Part shown: one piece after another, positions 51,721-64,000 of the stretch
How the letters are laid out: each line of letters opens with the position of its first letter
Position numbering within the stretch: position 1 is the stretch's first letter
Assembly (NCBI RefSeq): GCF_004010195.1
Contig: NC_057719.1
Location: forward strand, 53,687,282-53,751,281
Source: Chiloscyllium plagiosum
Lineage: Eukaryota
Length of the DNA stretch: 64,000 nt
Reading direction: 5' to 3'
Notes under the pieces: generated by a model
The model's input: only the letters and a program-made list of their open reading frames with translations
Told to the model about the DNA's origin: nothing
The model's database searches: none
Position numbers and translations under genes: made by a program

Positions 51721-52299
51721 AGGTGCATAGTGTACAACATTTCAGATACAGGAAAGGGATCATGGAAAAGATGTCATGGACATGGAACTGCAAGGCCACT
51801 AATAAGATGACATTTAAATTATGAGGTAAAATTTTGGTCAGAAACATAGAAGTAACGTCAGAGGAAAAGAGGGAAGATCTAGAGTTTTTAATGTTCTCAC
51901 AGAATCTGGACAATATCAGCATCCTGTCAAATGTAGATAGGTTTTACTAAACCTGGGCTGTTGTCACTGAAATCTTTGCAGATGTGGTTTATTTGGGAAC
52001 TAAGAATTCAGAGGGTCTTCAGGAAAACTGCATCAATTTTTCACATCTCATGCTACAAAGGTGTTTTCTCGGAAAGGCAGTGGAAGAGCTGAATGCTTTC
52101 TCTCTGTCACAGGCCATACCCTAACTGAGCTCCAATCAATATCCAAATAGAATTTAACACCAGGCCATCATAAATCCAGATGTAAACATGTCCAAGCATT
52201 GAACTTGGGCCGTGTAACTTCCAAAGAGTGTCTTTAAAGAATGTCCTAATGTCCTGTTAGAGAGCCTTGTAAAAAAAAACTAAATTCAAGTATTTCTTC

Positions 52300-52420
52300 A
52301 TCTGGTTCTGACAAAGGATCACTGGACCTGAATATTAACTCTGCTTTCTCTATATCAATGCTGCCAGACCTGCTGAGTTTTCCAGCAATTTCTGTTTATG
52401 TTTCAGATTTCCAGCATCTT
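52300..52420 (+). mobile_element. Decayed PLE 3' terminus
   Basis: ttctgacaaaggatcactggacctgaatattaactctg...atgctgccagacctgctgagttttccagca; related copy at 62238-62345. Confidence 0.6.
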
Positions 52421-55084
52421 CAAGATTATTCAGGTATTTCTTTTTTTTTTCAAATGAATCAATGTCCGCAATCCTCCAAACATGGATCCTCATAGAATCA
52501 AATATTAATAATGAAGCATCTCCTTAATACCTCCAAACGTGGAGAAGTTAAGAACCATTTTATTAAAGTGTAACTAAATCAGAATGTGTTTTTAAAAGAC
52601 ATTCACACTCACTCTCATTTGCTCATTATATTTAACTATGTCTTTACACCCAGTGCCATTCTTGGTACTCAAATAGTTCAAAGTAAAGTTAAATTTCAGA
52701 CAAACCATCAGCAATTGCATTGGCTTTACCTACAATACATGCAATTTTTGAATGATAGGAATATAACAATAAAATCCATAGAAATGCTGTGGCATTGTGG
52801 TTTATGAATTATTCCACAAAAACCAAAGAATTACATTCTAGTGTCTTCCTGTGGATATGAAAGACACACACTGCAAAATGTTTAAGTCTGTAGCAATCCC
52901 AGGTTTGTTTTTCGATTGTACACTCTCGTTTTTGGTGTTGATTTAGCCTTTTAGAAAAACTGTACCTACCCCCAGGTCACTAACATCAATTACTTGCTTT
53001 AAGAGCTTTGTAAAATATACAGTGGTTAACACTGGTTTGCTGACAAAAATTTTTCCAGCCTCTCAAAAGATATTTGGTACTCCACTAACTCATTAGCTTG
53101 GTTTTCTTTCTCAGCAAGTGGTGAAGTCCGTCTATACAGTGGTACAAATGTACGGCAGAGACCATACATCCATGATTTCACATTTAGTCTTGGGGAAGGA
53201 AACTTCACTTTTGCTGTTTTGTACTAAGCTTGTCTTTGTGGTACTGTTTGCCTTGGAATGTTACTTATACTTTTACAAATTCGCATTTTGCAAGATTTAT
53301 CAACAAAATAGTCAACTGTAATTGTCTAAATAGAGCTTCAAGTGAAGCTTCTAAGTGTCACTGTATTCCAGCACATCATCATGGTAAGGCTGCCAGTTAT
53401 GAACATTGACTGCCATTCAGATGATTAATCTGTGGAATGTTGTTGCAGCATGTTTAGCCTCAACAAAATCAGATAAGAACACCAACATATATACATACAC
53501 ATACAGATGCAAATTATGAGGAGTAAGTTATTTAGCTCCTCGAACCTGCCCAGCCATTAGTTAAGATTGCGTCTGATGTGTTTTTACCTCAAATCCACAT
53601 TCCCACCTACCTTTGATAACCTTTCACCCTTTAGCCTAACAAGAAACTTTGAAAAATTATTTTTTTCTCACATCGTTTTGCTTTTCTAAATCTGTGTCCT
53701 CTGACTCTTGGTCCTTTAATGAGCTGCAAGTTCTTTACAAAAAATAAACCATAAGAAATAAACTGGCCAAGTAGCTACACTGTCAGCTGCCCTGATCAAT
53801 TTCCAAATCCACAATATTTTGGTAATCCAGTAGCAAACTGTCTAATATTATCTGGATTCAGCTTACAGCCAAATCAAAAGCTGGTTATACACAAATTAAA
53901 TTGCTTATTCATCTTTAATGATGATCGTTGTAATTGTGAATTCCTGATTTTTATTTTTCCCACCAGGCCTGAGTTGTGAAGTAAAGCAATTATTTTTTTC
54001 TGTTGAAACTTCTCATTATGTTTGTAAGAGTAATATTTTAGTTTGTCTGAATTTTTCACCACAAAATATATCATGATGCATTAACATAAGCAAGCAGCTC
54101 TTCATTATTCGTATGTTATGGATCAGCTCCTCATGCATTAAAATATATTCATCTTTTTTTTTTCCTGAAGTATTACCGTGGAAGATCATCATATTGACAT
54201 CTCTTATCAGTCATATTGTCACAATGAACTTATGATACTCCATAGCTGTTCTTTATTACTGAAATGATTTTTCTGGCTCAACTTTGTTGAGTGAATAAGT
54301 ACAAAAGGAAGTATGAATACCAGCCCTCAGGAGAGCTAGATTAATACCATGAGAAATTATATGAAAAATGAAAAAAAAATTAAAATAAAATGTTTTAATT
54401 GTCATAATAGTTTGAAATGGTTATGCCCTTCACACCAAGACAATTCAAATTTACATAATACATAACTAAATTGACAATGAAACAGTTTATTTAGGGAAAT
54501 AGGCAGTGCAGTGGATTGACACTACTCTCACCTTTGATATTTGGGATTGAAGATTTATTTTTATTAATTAAAAATCATAACTGTAATAATTAAAGAAATG
54601 GATTTGGACAAATACAATGGAAGTAAAAATATTACAAAATAGAATATAAATGAGTTTAAATATAGAAGGGAGAAATAGATAGCTAAATTCAAAATTATTT
54701 TCACACTAGATTTTGATGTAGAAAATTTTGGTCATACAATTATCATTAAAAATGATATATAACTTGTACAGAAGTGATTAACTCTTTAAAGTACGTTTCT
54801 ACGGGGTCTTGCTAACTACTAAAATCTGAAGCTGTTGGCAAGTTTGTCATATGGTGAGTCAAGTGTTGGGATAGACTGATTTTACAGAATCGACCAACAA
54901 CTAGAACAGACAATTATTGAAGTATTCAAATAACATTTCTGAATCAGTTCAGAGTTTTGGAGTCACATGTAATGAAATGGGTAATGCACTTGTTATGTGG
55001 GAAAGAAACCACGTGTATACAAGGTGCACATGCCACACTGCAGATTTGACAATTATTTTACTCTGACTACTGTGTACAGCACAA

Positions 55085-55560
55085 TAGCCAATGGCCTCGT
55101 GGTATTATTGCCAGATTAGTAATCCAGAGATGAAGGGTTTATAACCAAAGTGTCAATGTTTCTGCTCCTCGGATGCTGCTTGAGCTGCTGTGCTTTTCCA
55201 GCACCATACTCTCGGCTAGTAATCCAGACACCCAGATAATGCTCTGGGAACCTAGTTTCCAATCCTGCCATAGCAGATGTTGGTATTTGTAATCAATAAT
55301 GATCTGGAAGTAAAACTCTAATGATGCCCATCAAATTGTTGCTGATTACCAAAGGAAAAACTCATCTTCTTCACTAGTGTCCTTGAGAAAAGGAAATCTT
55401 ACATCCTTACTTGATCTGGTCATAAGTGCATTACCTATTATATTGTATGTGACTTCTGGTCCACAGGAATGTGGTTGACTTAACTGTTCTTTGGGGAATT
55501 AGGGATAGGCAATAAATATTAGCCTAACTAGTAACATCCACAACCCACGAATAAATAAAA
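55085..55560 (+). mobile_element. Shark tRNA-type SINE with LINE-derived tail, containing a nested PLE-terminal insert
   Basis: gtggtattattgccagattagtaatccaga...tgtggttgacttaactg...ggcaataaat...cccacgaataaataaaa. Confidence 0.7.
55129..55216 (+). mobile_element. 88-bp PLE-terminal insert
   Basis: TSD tagtaatccaga at 55117-55128 and 55217-55228. Confidence 0.8.
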
Positions 55561-57759
55561 TCAAATCAAATTTTGGATCTCTGTTAAGCATTTAATCAGA
55601 ATCTTTTAAAGTCAGAACAAAGTTCATGATTGCAATTTGATTATTATTGTTCAATTTAACTATCAGAAATCTGTGAGACCTAAATAAAAGGAAACTCACT
55701 GGATAAGGGAGGACAGAAAAAGTTTTTTAAAATTTGGTGAAAGAGTTGTTACAAATTAGTTGTATGTTTCTTATATATAATAATAGCTTCAAATGGGTAA
55801 AAGAATGAGTTAGTGCTGCAGATTTTTTTCACCGGAAATTGCTGAAGATTTTCTTTCCATAGAAATGATACTAGTGGTCTAATCAGTCATTGGTTATGAT
55901 CGCAAACGTAAGAAGGAATCCATGGATAAACAAGGCCTCTTGCAAAAATGAGACTAGAGTCTGTAGATACTTAATGTGAGCAACAATGGAAATGAGCTGA
56001 GCCAGACTAGTTGTGTCACCTTGCTGAATCAGGATGCTAACTGAAACACAAGTGTATTAATGGATGTAAAATAAAAATGTTTTGAGTGAACAACAGTATC
56101 ATTCAATAGCTTGACAAGGAATGAGAACAGCTGAGCTGATTGGCCAATACGAACAGCTTGTTAACAGATCTTATGAAGAGCTTCAGATATAAATAACTGA
56201 TAGTGAAATCATTACAAATAATGTCAACTTGAAGTGATTGGAGGCAAATATGAAGACTCAAAAACTTATGGCAGTTGACTTACATTAAATGCAGAAGTTT
56301 CAACCCAAGATTAGACACAGAACTAGATGCTTCTTAAGTTTTGAAATAAAGTATACCTTATGGTGAAAAAGGCATTGTAAATAATTGATCTAGGTGGCCA
56401 ACGCTGCAAAGAATTTGAGATAAAATTCTTTTGGAGGAGCTCAGTTCCTGGTCTTTAAAAAAAGAATTTTGAAGTAAGACTCCAGTGAAATAGTCCTGAA
56501 AGGTTTAAGCAGTGAAGAAATCTTATGTACTGAGAAGTGGATACAGAATAAAGAAAATCTATTCAACTATGCCAGATCTCCTGCTCGACCTGAACAGTTT
56601 ATCAGTTATTGAGGTTGTATATTTTTTGCAGTATAACAAATGTTTCATACTCTCATTAAACCCATAAGCATATAATATTGGTTAGACTCAATACTGATTG
56701 ATTGATTGATTCCATAGTGTTAACTGTCAATTCTCTTTCAAAGGAAGAAATAATAATGGATCAATCAAGAGTTCACTGGGTAAGGCAGACTAGAACAAGT
56801 TAAGTAATGATTAAAAAGATAACAGAAAACCAGAGTGCATTCACTGTTACTTGTAACTCAGTATCTTTGACAATGGTCCTGGGTATAAAATTGTTTACAG
56901 TATTTATGAGAGAATTATAATTGCTAACCTTCTGAGTATTAAGTTACGTGGTAAAACACTGACAAAATGAGGATATAAAAACTAGAAATTCTGAAGTGTG
57001 ACATTGGCTCAAAGAAATCTGTTGAAATTTATTGTTGTGGCAAAAAATGACATTCAGTAATCTTGTATCTAGGTGGTGTAATCGCAGTTTCCATATAACT
57101 ATAGCTGTAACAAAGACAACTGCCTCATGAAATTCAGCCTGACAGGTACTCGGAGCAGCAACAGAATTTGTTAGGGTTAACTCTCAGGTTCAGTTTCCCT
57201 TGCTGAATTCTTTATTTAGAATACATACATCAGAGGTCCATTTTCCAGATTTTGAATATTGCCCTGCAAAGTTCTATAAACTAAAATAGCTGTCAATCTG
57301 CAGATTTTCTAACGTCATACATATTGAAATTCAGTTGCAGCAACTGCTGTCACAATTTTTTATGTGAAATTTGAACACAATAGGATAGTGAAATGGCTGA
57401 CAGTGGCAATAAGGGCACAGATTCTTAATCCTCTATGTTCACTGGTTTGGGGTCATATTAAATTAGCATGGCACAAAGTTGCATATTTATAAACAAACAG
57501 AGTTCTTCACTGCAGATGGTGTGAACTTGCGTGGCAATTACATTGCTAAGGTTTCTTTGGCAGCACCTGAGAAACCAACAACCTCCACCATGTATAAAAA
57601 TAAGGGTGTTAGGCACATTGGAACACCACCACTTGCAAGTTGTTCTGCAACTCACACATTATCCTGACTTGAATATGAATATACTGTTCATTCATTGTGA
57701 CCAGATCTCAAAACCTGAAAGTCTATATCTAACAGTATCATGGGGCTTACAAAGAAGAC

Positions 57760-58105
57760 TTCTCATATAACACATTTCACAGCGAATCAAAGTGCTTCAA
57801 CCATCATTGTTATAAACCCAGCAGTCAACACCCATACCAAGCAATGTGATATGAGAGTTGATCTGTTTTTTTCTTGTAATGCTAATTGAGAGATAAATAT
57901 TGGGGATAACTATACCTTTTTCTTCAAAGTAGTTCTAGACTGTTTTATATGCTTCTAAGCAAGAAGATGGGACTTTGATATCATCCAGATGACAGCACTG
58001 TGTCTGGTTGGCAGCCTTGATTTTGGTGTACAAGCCTCCAAGTCGAACTTGAACCAAGAGCCTTGTGACTCAGAAACAAGAAAAACTACACTAAGTCGCA
58101 GCTAC
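57760..58105 (-). mobile_element. DeuSINE-like element, decayed
   Basis: taattgagagataaatattgg is the reverse complement of the ccaatatttatccctcaa block at 6795. Confidence 0.45.
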
Positions 58106-59665
58106 TTCAACACACACAGTGCAATAATTCCAGAAGTTGGCTCATCTCGAAGGGCAACTAGGAATGACCAATAAGGCCATTGACAACCACATCCTAAAGA
58201 AAAAAAACTGAAAAGATACAATGGCCAGTATTTATTGATAGTTCACACTTTGTCTGTGAATTGAAGGTGAACTGGATAGATATATTGTGGTTGGAGCAAA
58301 CGCACTGTCCAATCCTGTTATATTTTTTAATCCAAGTTCATGTGAGTGTGCACAGTCTTGCAGCTGTTTAAAGCATAACTTATTGTTTGGAGTGTTCTCA
58401 GTTAAAGACAAGTTTGCGTATGATCTGGCAAAAGTCAAAGCTCTTATTCTTTTATGGAAATCTTTTTGTATCAAGTAGTTTTCTTCTATGAGATGGATAT
58501 GGCTAAGAAGAGCGTTGGGCAGCAGCTTAACATCTATTGATGAACTCTATAAATGTCAGCAGCACTGTACAGAGCATGTAACTGTCCTGTCACAAGAAAT
58601 TCTGTCAAATCATCTTTATACCTTGCATCAAATGTCAGCATTATGATCTGTTCCTCCCAGTCACAGAGTCGTAGAGTCATACAGCACAGAAACAGGTCCT
58701 TTGGTCCATCTCGTCCATGCTGACCAGGTTTCAGTCTCATTCCTTCATTTTGTGTCCACTGTCACACATTAAGTCAAAAATATTCCAGCACTTCAGGACA
58801 ACCCAGCTCCCATCCCTTCGGTGACCAACATTCAAATGATGCACATTTCTGGCCCTCATAAATATGGAAAGATTCTACGCTGTCATATAAAGCCTTCCTC
58901 TACAGAAGAAGGATGAGGCAGAACATTTGGGGGAATTGCGGGCCTGTAACTCTTTGTAAAAGGGCATTCTCTTCAAATCCAAAAAGCAAGAAGTAAGACA
59001 TGGAGAAGCAACAGGCACAGCTCTGAACAAGGTTCTTTTTCCTTTTTGCACCATCCAGTTTAACAATAAAAATCGCAATTATGAAAATTCTATGTCAGCA
59101 CTGTGGTGAAAGTTGTTTGATAAGAACAAGCAGATATTGGACGTGGCAGATAAGGAGGAACATGGTTCACTATCATTGACTGCCTTCACGCAAGTGTGTG
59201 CTACAAAGTTGCTAAGTCAAGGGAGAGGAAAAGTTTGCTTGTATACAGCAAAACCGCTAGGGGTCCAGCACTGTAATTGTTCTGTTGGGATCTGTTTATC
59301 AAAATCAGAAAGTGCATGATAACATGAAGACAGAGAGTAATAATATGCATGACCCGGCAAGAGGTGATATTATCGCTCTTGTCAGCTTGTGCTTTGTGTA
59401 AATTGTGTCAAAAGCTACTGATTTTATCCATACTTCATCCACGGCTACATATGTTAATTAGGCTTGAAACGCTTTGGGATGCCAAAGATAGCAGCAGTTC
59501 CCAAAAACATAAATGCTGTATTTTCATGCATTTATTAACTTGTAATTATAATTGTTATATAAAAGGTGTCCAGCCAATCCCTTTGTTTTTAACTGAAGAA
59601 TATCTCTAAACAAATGTCTTCACCAGTTAAAGATTATTGTAGCCATCATGTACGTATAAAGTTTT

Positions 59666-59953
59666 TAGAACATAGAACATAGAACATAGAAGAATACAGC
59701 GCAGTACAGGCCCTTCGGCCCTCGATGTTGCGCCGATCCAAGCCCACCTAACCTACACTAGCCCACTATCCTCCATATGCCTATCCAATGCCCGCTTAAA
59801 TGCCCATAATGAGGGAGAGTCCACCACTGCTACTGGCAGGGCATTCCACGAACTCACGACTCGCTGAGTAAAGAACCTACCCCTAACATCTGTCCTATAC
59901 CTACCCCCCCTTAATTTAAAGCTATGCCCCCTTGTAATAGCTGACTCCATACG
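59666..59953 (-). mobile_element. Young CR1-type LINE 3' end
   Basis: TRGHSFKLRGGRYRTDVRGRFFTQRVVSSWNALP; (tagaaca)n tail; CpGs retained. Confidence 0.92.
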
Positions 59954-60533
59954 TTGAATCCATGAAAAAGAACAAATACAATCTTGAGAAATATGAAGTA
60001 TGTTCAACGAGAAGAGAAAACAACACTTTTCAGATACAGACTTTTGCAGAAGAGTCCAGAGAAGATAAATAAGGACTTTGTTGAAATTACTCTTCAAGCT
60101 GATCAGATGGAATCTCGTAACACTGAACCATATAGTGTGTGATATATATTACAGCTCCACACTGACAAAATGTAAATAGTTACATTCCACCAAACTCTAG
60201 TTGACTGCACATGAGAAGTTACAGAGTACAAAGACAATGCATATTAAAATGAAATTGGTGTTTTGAAACATATTGTGAAGTTTTTTTTTGTGCCTTTGGT
60301 TAAATATTTAAATCCCTTACTGATCCTGTGACATTTCACATGGATAATTTCAGGTAATACGCTGAGCAATCTATATATATATATATATTTATAGTTAAAT
60401 GTTGATCTTACTGCTTTCTTCTTCATTAAGGTCTTGTAGTTGGCTGTCAAAGGTTTTGTTTATCTATGGCTAGGGATGTTGGGGTTGAATTCATATTTTC
60501 TTTCCAAATATCACTTGGTATTCATTGATTTGA

Positions 60534-60691
60534 CTAGGCGACCATGAGTACTGCAGATGCTGGAGATTAGAGTCAAGAGTGTGGTGCTGGAAAAGTTAGT
60601 CAGGAAGGGCTTTTGCCCGAAGCGTCAATTTTCCTGCTCCTTGGATGCTGCCTGACCTGCTGTGCTTTTCCAGCACCACACTCTTGACGCT
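60534..60691. mobile_element. Fold-back PLE-terminal insert
   Basis: gtcaagagtgtggtgctggaaaag ... cttttccagcaccacactcttgac inverted arms; TSD ttgatttga at 60525-60533 and 60692-60700. Confidence 0.8.
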
Positions 60692-61200
60692 TTGATTTGA
60701 TCTTGCTTGGAAAATGTTCAATTGAATGATGAATCTCAAATTTGTCTTTATTAATCTTAAAAGTCTCATGTGCATATTGTAGTTCCTTTATGCTTGCCAT
60801 TGGAATACTCAGGTTCCAATTTGCAAATTAGTAGGAATAGTGGAGAGAGGTTGGGGACCACTAGTGTGTAGGTCCACATATTTGATTTTGTGGTAGTATT
60901 AAAGGGTAGTAGTTAAATAGAAATGGGGAGTCATATGAATGAGCCTATTTTATACTAACATTATAAAAAACAAACTCCACCCCGAGGGTTTCAAATTAAT
61001 GATAAAAGAAAAATAGTCAATTCTCTATTCTTTAATAATCTAGTCATATAATGAAATCTGTTTGAAATCTGTAGTGGAAATATATGTTAAAGGTTTCTGA
61101 AACAATTAAGTATGTTAACACTGATACGAGTGACATTGCTCTAACAATTTTTTTTAAATCTGATGTGAGGTTAAATTGATCCTATCCTTGATTCAAATAA

Positions 61201-61395
61201 CACCAGGTTATAGTCCAACAAGTTTATTTGGAAGCGCTAGCTTTCAGAGCACTGTTTCTTCATCTGGTACCTACCTGATGAAGGAGCAGTACTCTGAAAG
61301 CTACTGCTTCCAAATAAACCTGCAGGACTATAACCCTGGTGTTGTGTGATTTTTAACTTTGTCCACCCCAATCCAAAACTGGCTCCTCCACAACC
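61201..61395. mobile_element. Fold-back PLE-terminal insert of a second family, with hammerhead core
   Basis: About 70-bp inverted arms; ctgatgaaggagcagtactctgaaagcta; TSD tgattcaaataa at 61189-61200 and 61396-61407. Confidence 0.85.
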
Positions 61396-62237
61396 TGATT
61401 CAAATAAACAGTGAAAATGCAACATACATGAATTATAGAATCATCATGCCACAGAAGGAGGTCATTTGGTATTTCCAGTCTATGCCAGCTCTCTTTAGAA
61501 TAATTCAATCTGTCTGATTTCCTTGCTCCATTCCCAGAGACCTTCAAGTTTATTTCCTTCAGGTGCCCACTCAATTTCCACGAGAAATTATTATTCATCT
61601 CCACTTCCACTACTCTTTTAGACAGCAAGTTTGAGATGTTCTCCGCTCATTGTGGAAAAAAAAAGTGTCTTCCTCATATTAGACTGTAGGACAAGAAAAA
61701 TCCTCCTGACGTAGTTTCAAATTTGACATTGAATCAGCATACCTTGGGAAATTAGAAAAGCGCTGATGAACCGATATTCATTTATCAGTCTTTAAAAACT
61801 AAAATTGCTGAACCAAGCCAAGAGACTCATAACAAATGCTATCAAGGGAAATAATAGAGAACATATAGACCGGTCATAGACACTAATGCTTTTTTAAAAT
61901 GAATAATAGGCCTTGAATCAAATTGAACAAGACGAAGAACAATGTTCCGGCAAATGCAAACATCTTTTCTTGGAACATTGTGTATCTGGAGCACTGCATT
62001 ATTGGAGAACACAATAGAAACATGAATGACTTACTAAATGCATGCTAATAGTTTCATAGAGGCTTCAGAATATTATTGGGTACAGTGATTTAAAATAAGT
62101 TTTGTAGAATGATATGACTTTTTCATATAGTAAACTAACCACATTTTTCACGAAATAATCCAAAAGTTTGAATGATCAGAAATCTTTACTTCAGGAATAG
62201 AAGGCCAACATTGCAATCAAAGTCAGGACACCTTCAA

Positions 62238-62345
62238 TGTTCTGAGAAAACGGTCACTAGACCCAAAACATAAACTCTGTACTCTCTCCACAGATGCTGC
62301 CAGGGCTGTTGATAGTTTCCCGATTTTGTTTCTGAGTTCCAATTT
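62238..62345 (+). mobile_element. Decayed PLE 3' terminus
   Basis: gttctgagaaaacggtcactagacccaaaacataaactctg...acagatgctgccag, similar to 52300-52420. Confidence 0.55.
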
Positions 62346-62377
62346 TGTTTTAGTGAGTTTTTGCTGGAATTTTTAAA

Positions 62378-62570
62378 ATGCATTCATGGGATGAGGGTGT
62401 CACTGGCTAGGCCAGCATATATTGCCTGTCCCTAATTGCCCAGAGGGTAGTTAAGGGTCAGCCACATTGCTGAGGGTCTGAAGTCACATGTAGGCCAGAC
62501 CAAGTAAGGATAGCAGTTTCCTTCCCTAAAGAACATTAGTGAATCAGATGTTTTTTTCCCAACAATCAGC
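62378..62570 (-). mobile_element. 3' half of the shark tRNA-type SINE
   Basis: Reverse complement of 55345-55555. Confidence 0.75.
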
Positions 62571-64000
62571 AACTGCAGAACATATTTGAGCATTTTAATG
62601 TCAGATACAATCTCCTGCCTTGAACCATAAATCTGTATCCCTGGTCCTTGTACTATCAACTAATGGGAATAATGTTTCTTTCTCTACTTTACTTAAATCT
62701 GTCATAATCATGTACATCCAAGATATAATCTCAATCTCCTTACTCAAGCCAACTTTTTTGGCTAATAATTTTGCTAGTCCTAGTAACCAAAGCAAATCTG
62801 TTCCAAAACATTTAATGTAGAAGAATGACTGTGATATTATGTATCTATTTTCCTATTGTCATTTTTCAGGATTTAGTGGAAAAGTCGACTAAAACCTGCT
62901 TCTGCCTTCCACCAATGATATTTCATGAAGATATGTACACTTAGTTTATGGGAAACTGAAAATAGCTATAAGAGAAAACTAAAAATCAAAAAATATAACT
63001 TTTCAAGGTATACAGTAAAATTAGATATTTAATTGATGTGAGTTATTTTCCCAATGCATTCAGTTTTTTGAAACATATCTATCTGCTGTGTGCTAAAATG
63101 TAAAAACAATATACGTAGATCAGAACAACGTGTACAGATGGCAGTATGGAGAGCTCATCTGTGCTCTTATTGCTAACAGAAGATTATTTTTGTCTCCAGT
63201 TTCCACTGCTTCTACTTATCCACTCCCTACCAAGGACTATGATCATGAATAATACATCCCAGCATAGCATGAAAAATTCATAACACATCCTTCTACACCA
63301 ATTTACTCTTCCAAGCAGTGAAATGAGCAGTTCGAAAAGAGACAGAGGCTGGAATACATCGCAGAATAATGGCCTTTCCCTGTTGTAATACCCAGATCAA
63401 TAGGGCAATATCCCAGGAAAGGTTTCAGGTGGCCAAGACAATTAAGCACAATCCAGTCAATTAATTACATTGGGAAACTTGGTTTAACTGCAGTCCTGAC
63501 TGAATACATTTCCAAACAGCTTTTGATAACAGCAATTTGGATTAACATAAAACATATCTAAATGCTGATGAAAAGGTTAAGAAAAATATAATTGGGATTA
63601 GAATTGTTTATATTAGAGCATGGCGTATTACTGGTGATTTTAAGCTCTTACAAGAATTACTGCAGATGGGAAAATGGATTGTGAACCAAATGCACGTTAT
63701 CAAAGGATCATTGAGTTATCGAGCCATTGTCAAGCCAGAACTTTTTAAATGTTTGTTGTCTTGAAATAGGTATTGATAGGAAATACTGTTGTTAAGAGAA
63801 TCACCAAATATTTTAGCCACAATTTCCATAAAGGTCTCATTAACTCTTCTGCTGACTCATAGAGTAATTGTGAAAGTCATTTATAGAAGAATTAATATTG
63901 CTTGATTCCAAGTGCTCACAATGTAAAAATAGCGAAATAATGTACTTTAACTCAATAAATTTGAGAAATGGCAAGTTTAAAATCACTGTCAACAGCACCA

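Noticed and set aside
53114..53321. Possible exon after tttctttctcag
   Set aside because: No recognisable protein similarity and no convincing donor site.

Overview
Eukaryotic, repeat-dense, apparently intergenic or intronic vertebrate DNA. The repeat content (HE1-like V-SINEs, HER1/CR1 LINEs, DeuSINE-like elements) points to a cartilaginous fish, probably a shark; this is an inference. I could not support any host protein-coding exon. The window holds a full-length but decayed L1/Tx1-type LINE with a 15-bp TSD (35111-42505), interrupted by a young Penelope-like element (PLE) with a 16-bp TSD, plus a second PLE, many CR1-type fragments, a Rex1/Babar 3' end, Gypsy remnants, and decayed Harbinger transposase and Myb/SANT genes. 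Two things stand out. (1) Two oppositely oriented copies (1064-2183 minus, 10656-12420 plus) of a composite non-coding element with a YY1-type CAAGATGGCG head, a central 20-mer then 29/30-mer VNTR of very different copy number, and a shared tail, reminiscent of SVA architecture. (2) A set of 70-200 bp TSD-flanked inserts derived from PLE ends, several folded back on themselves, carrying intact or decayed minimal hammerhead ribozyme cores. There is an assembly gap at 37922-38435. Boundaries of decayed repeats are approximate and were read by eye.
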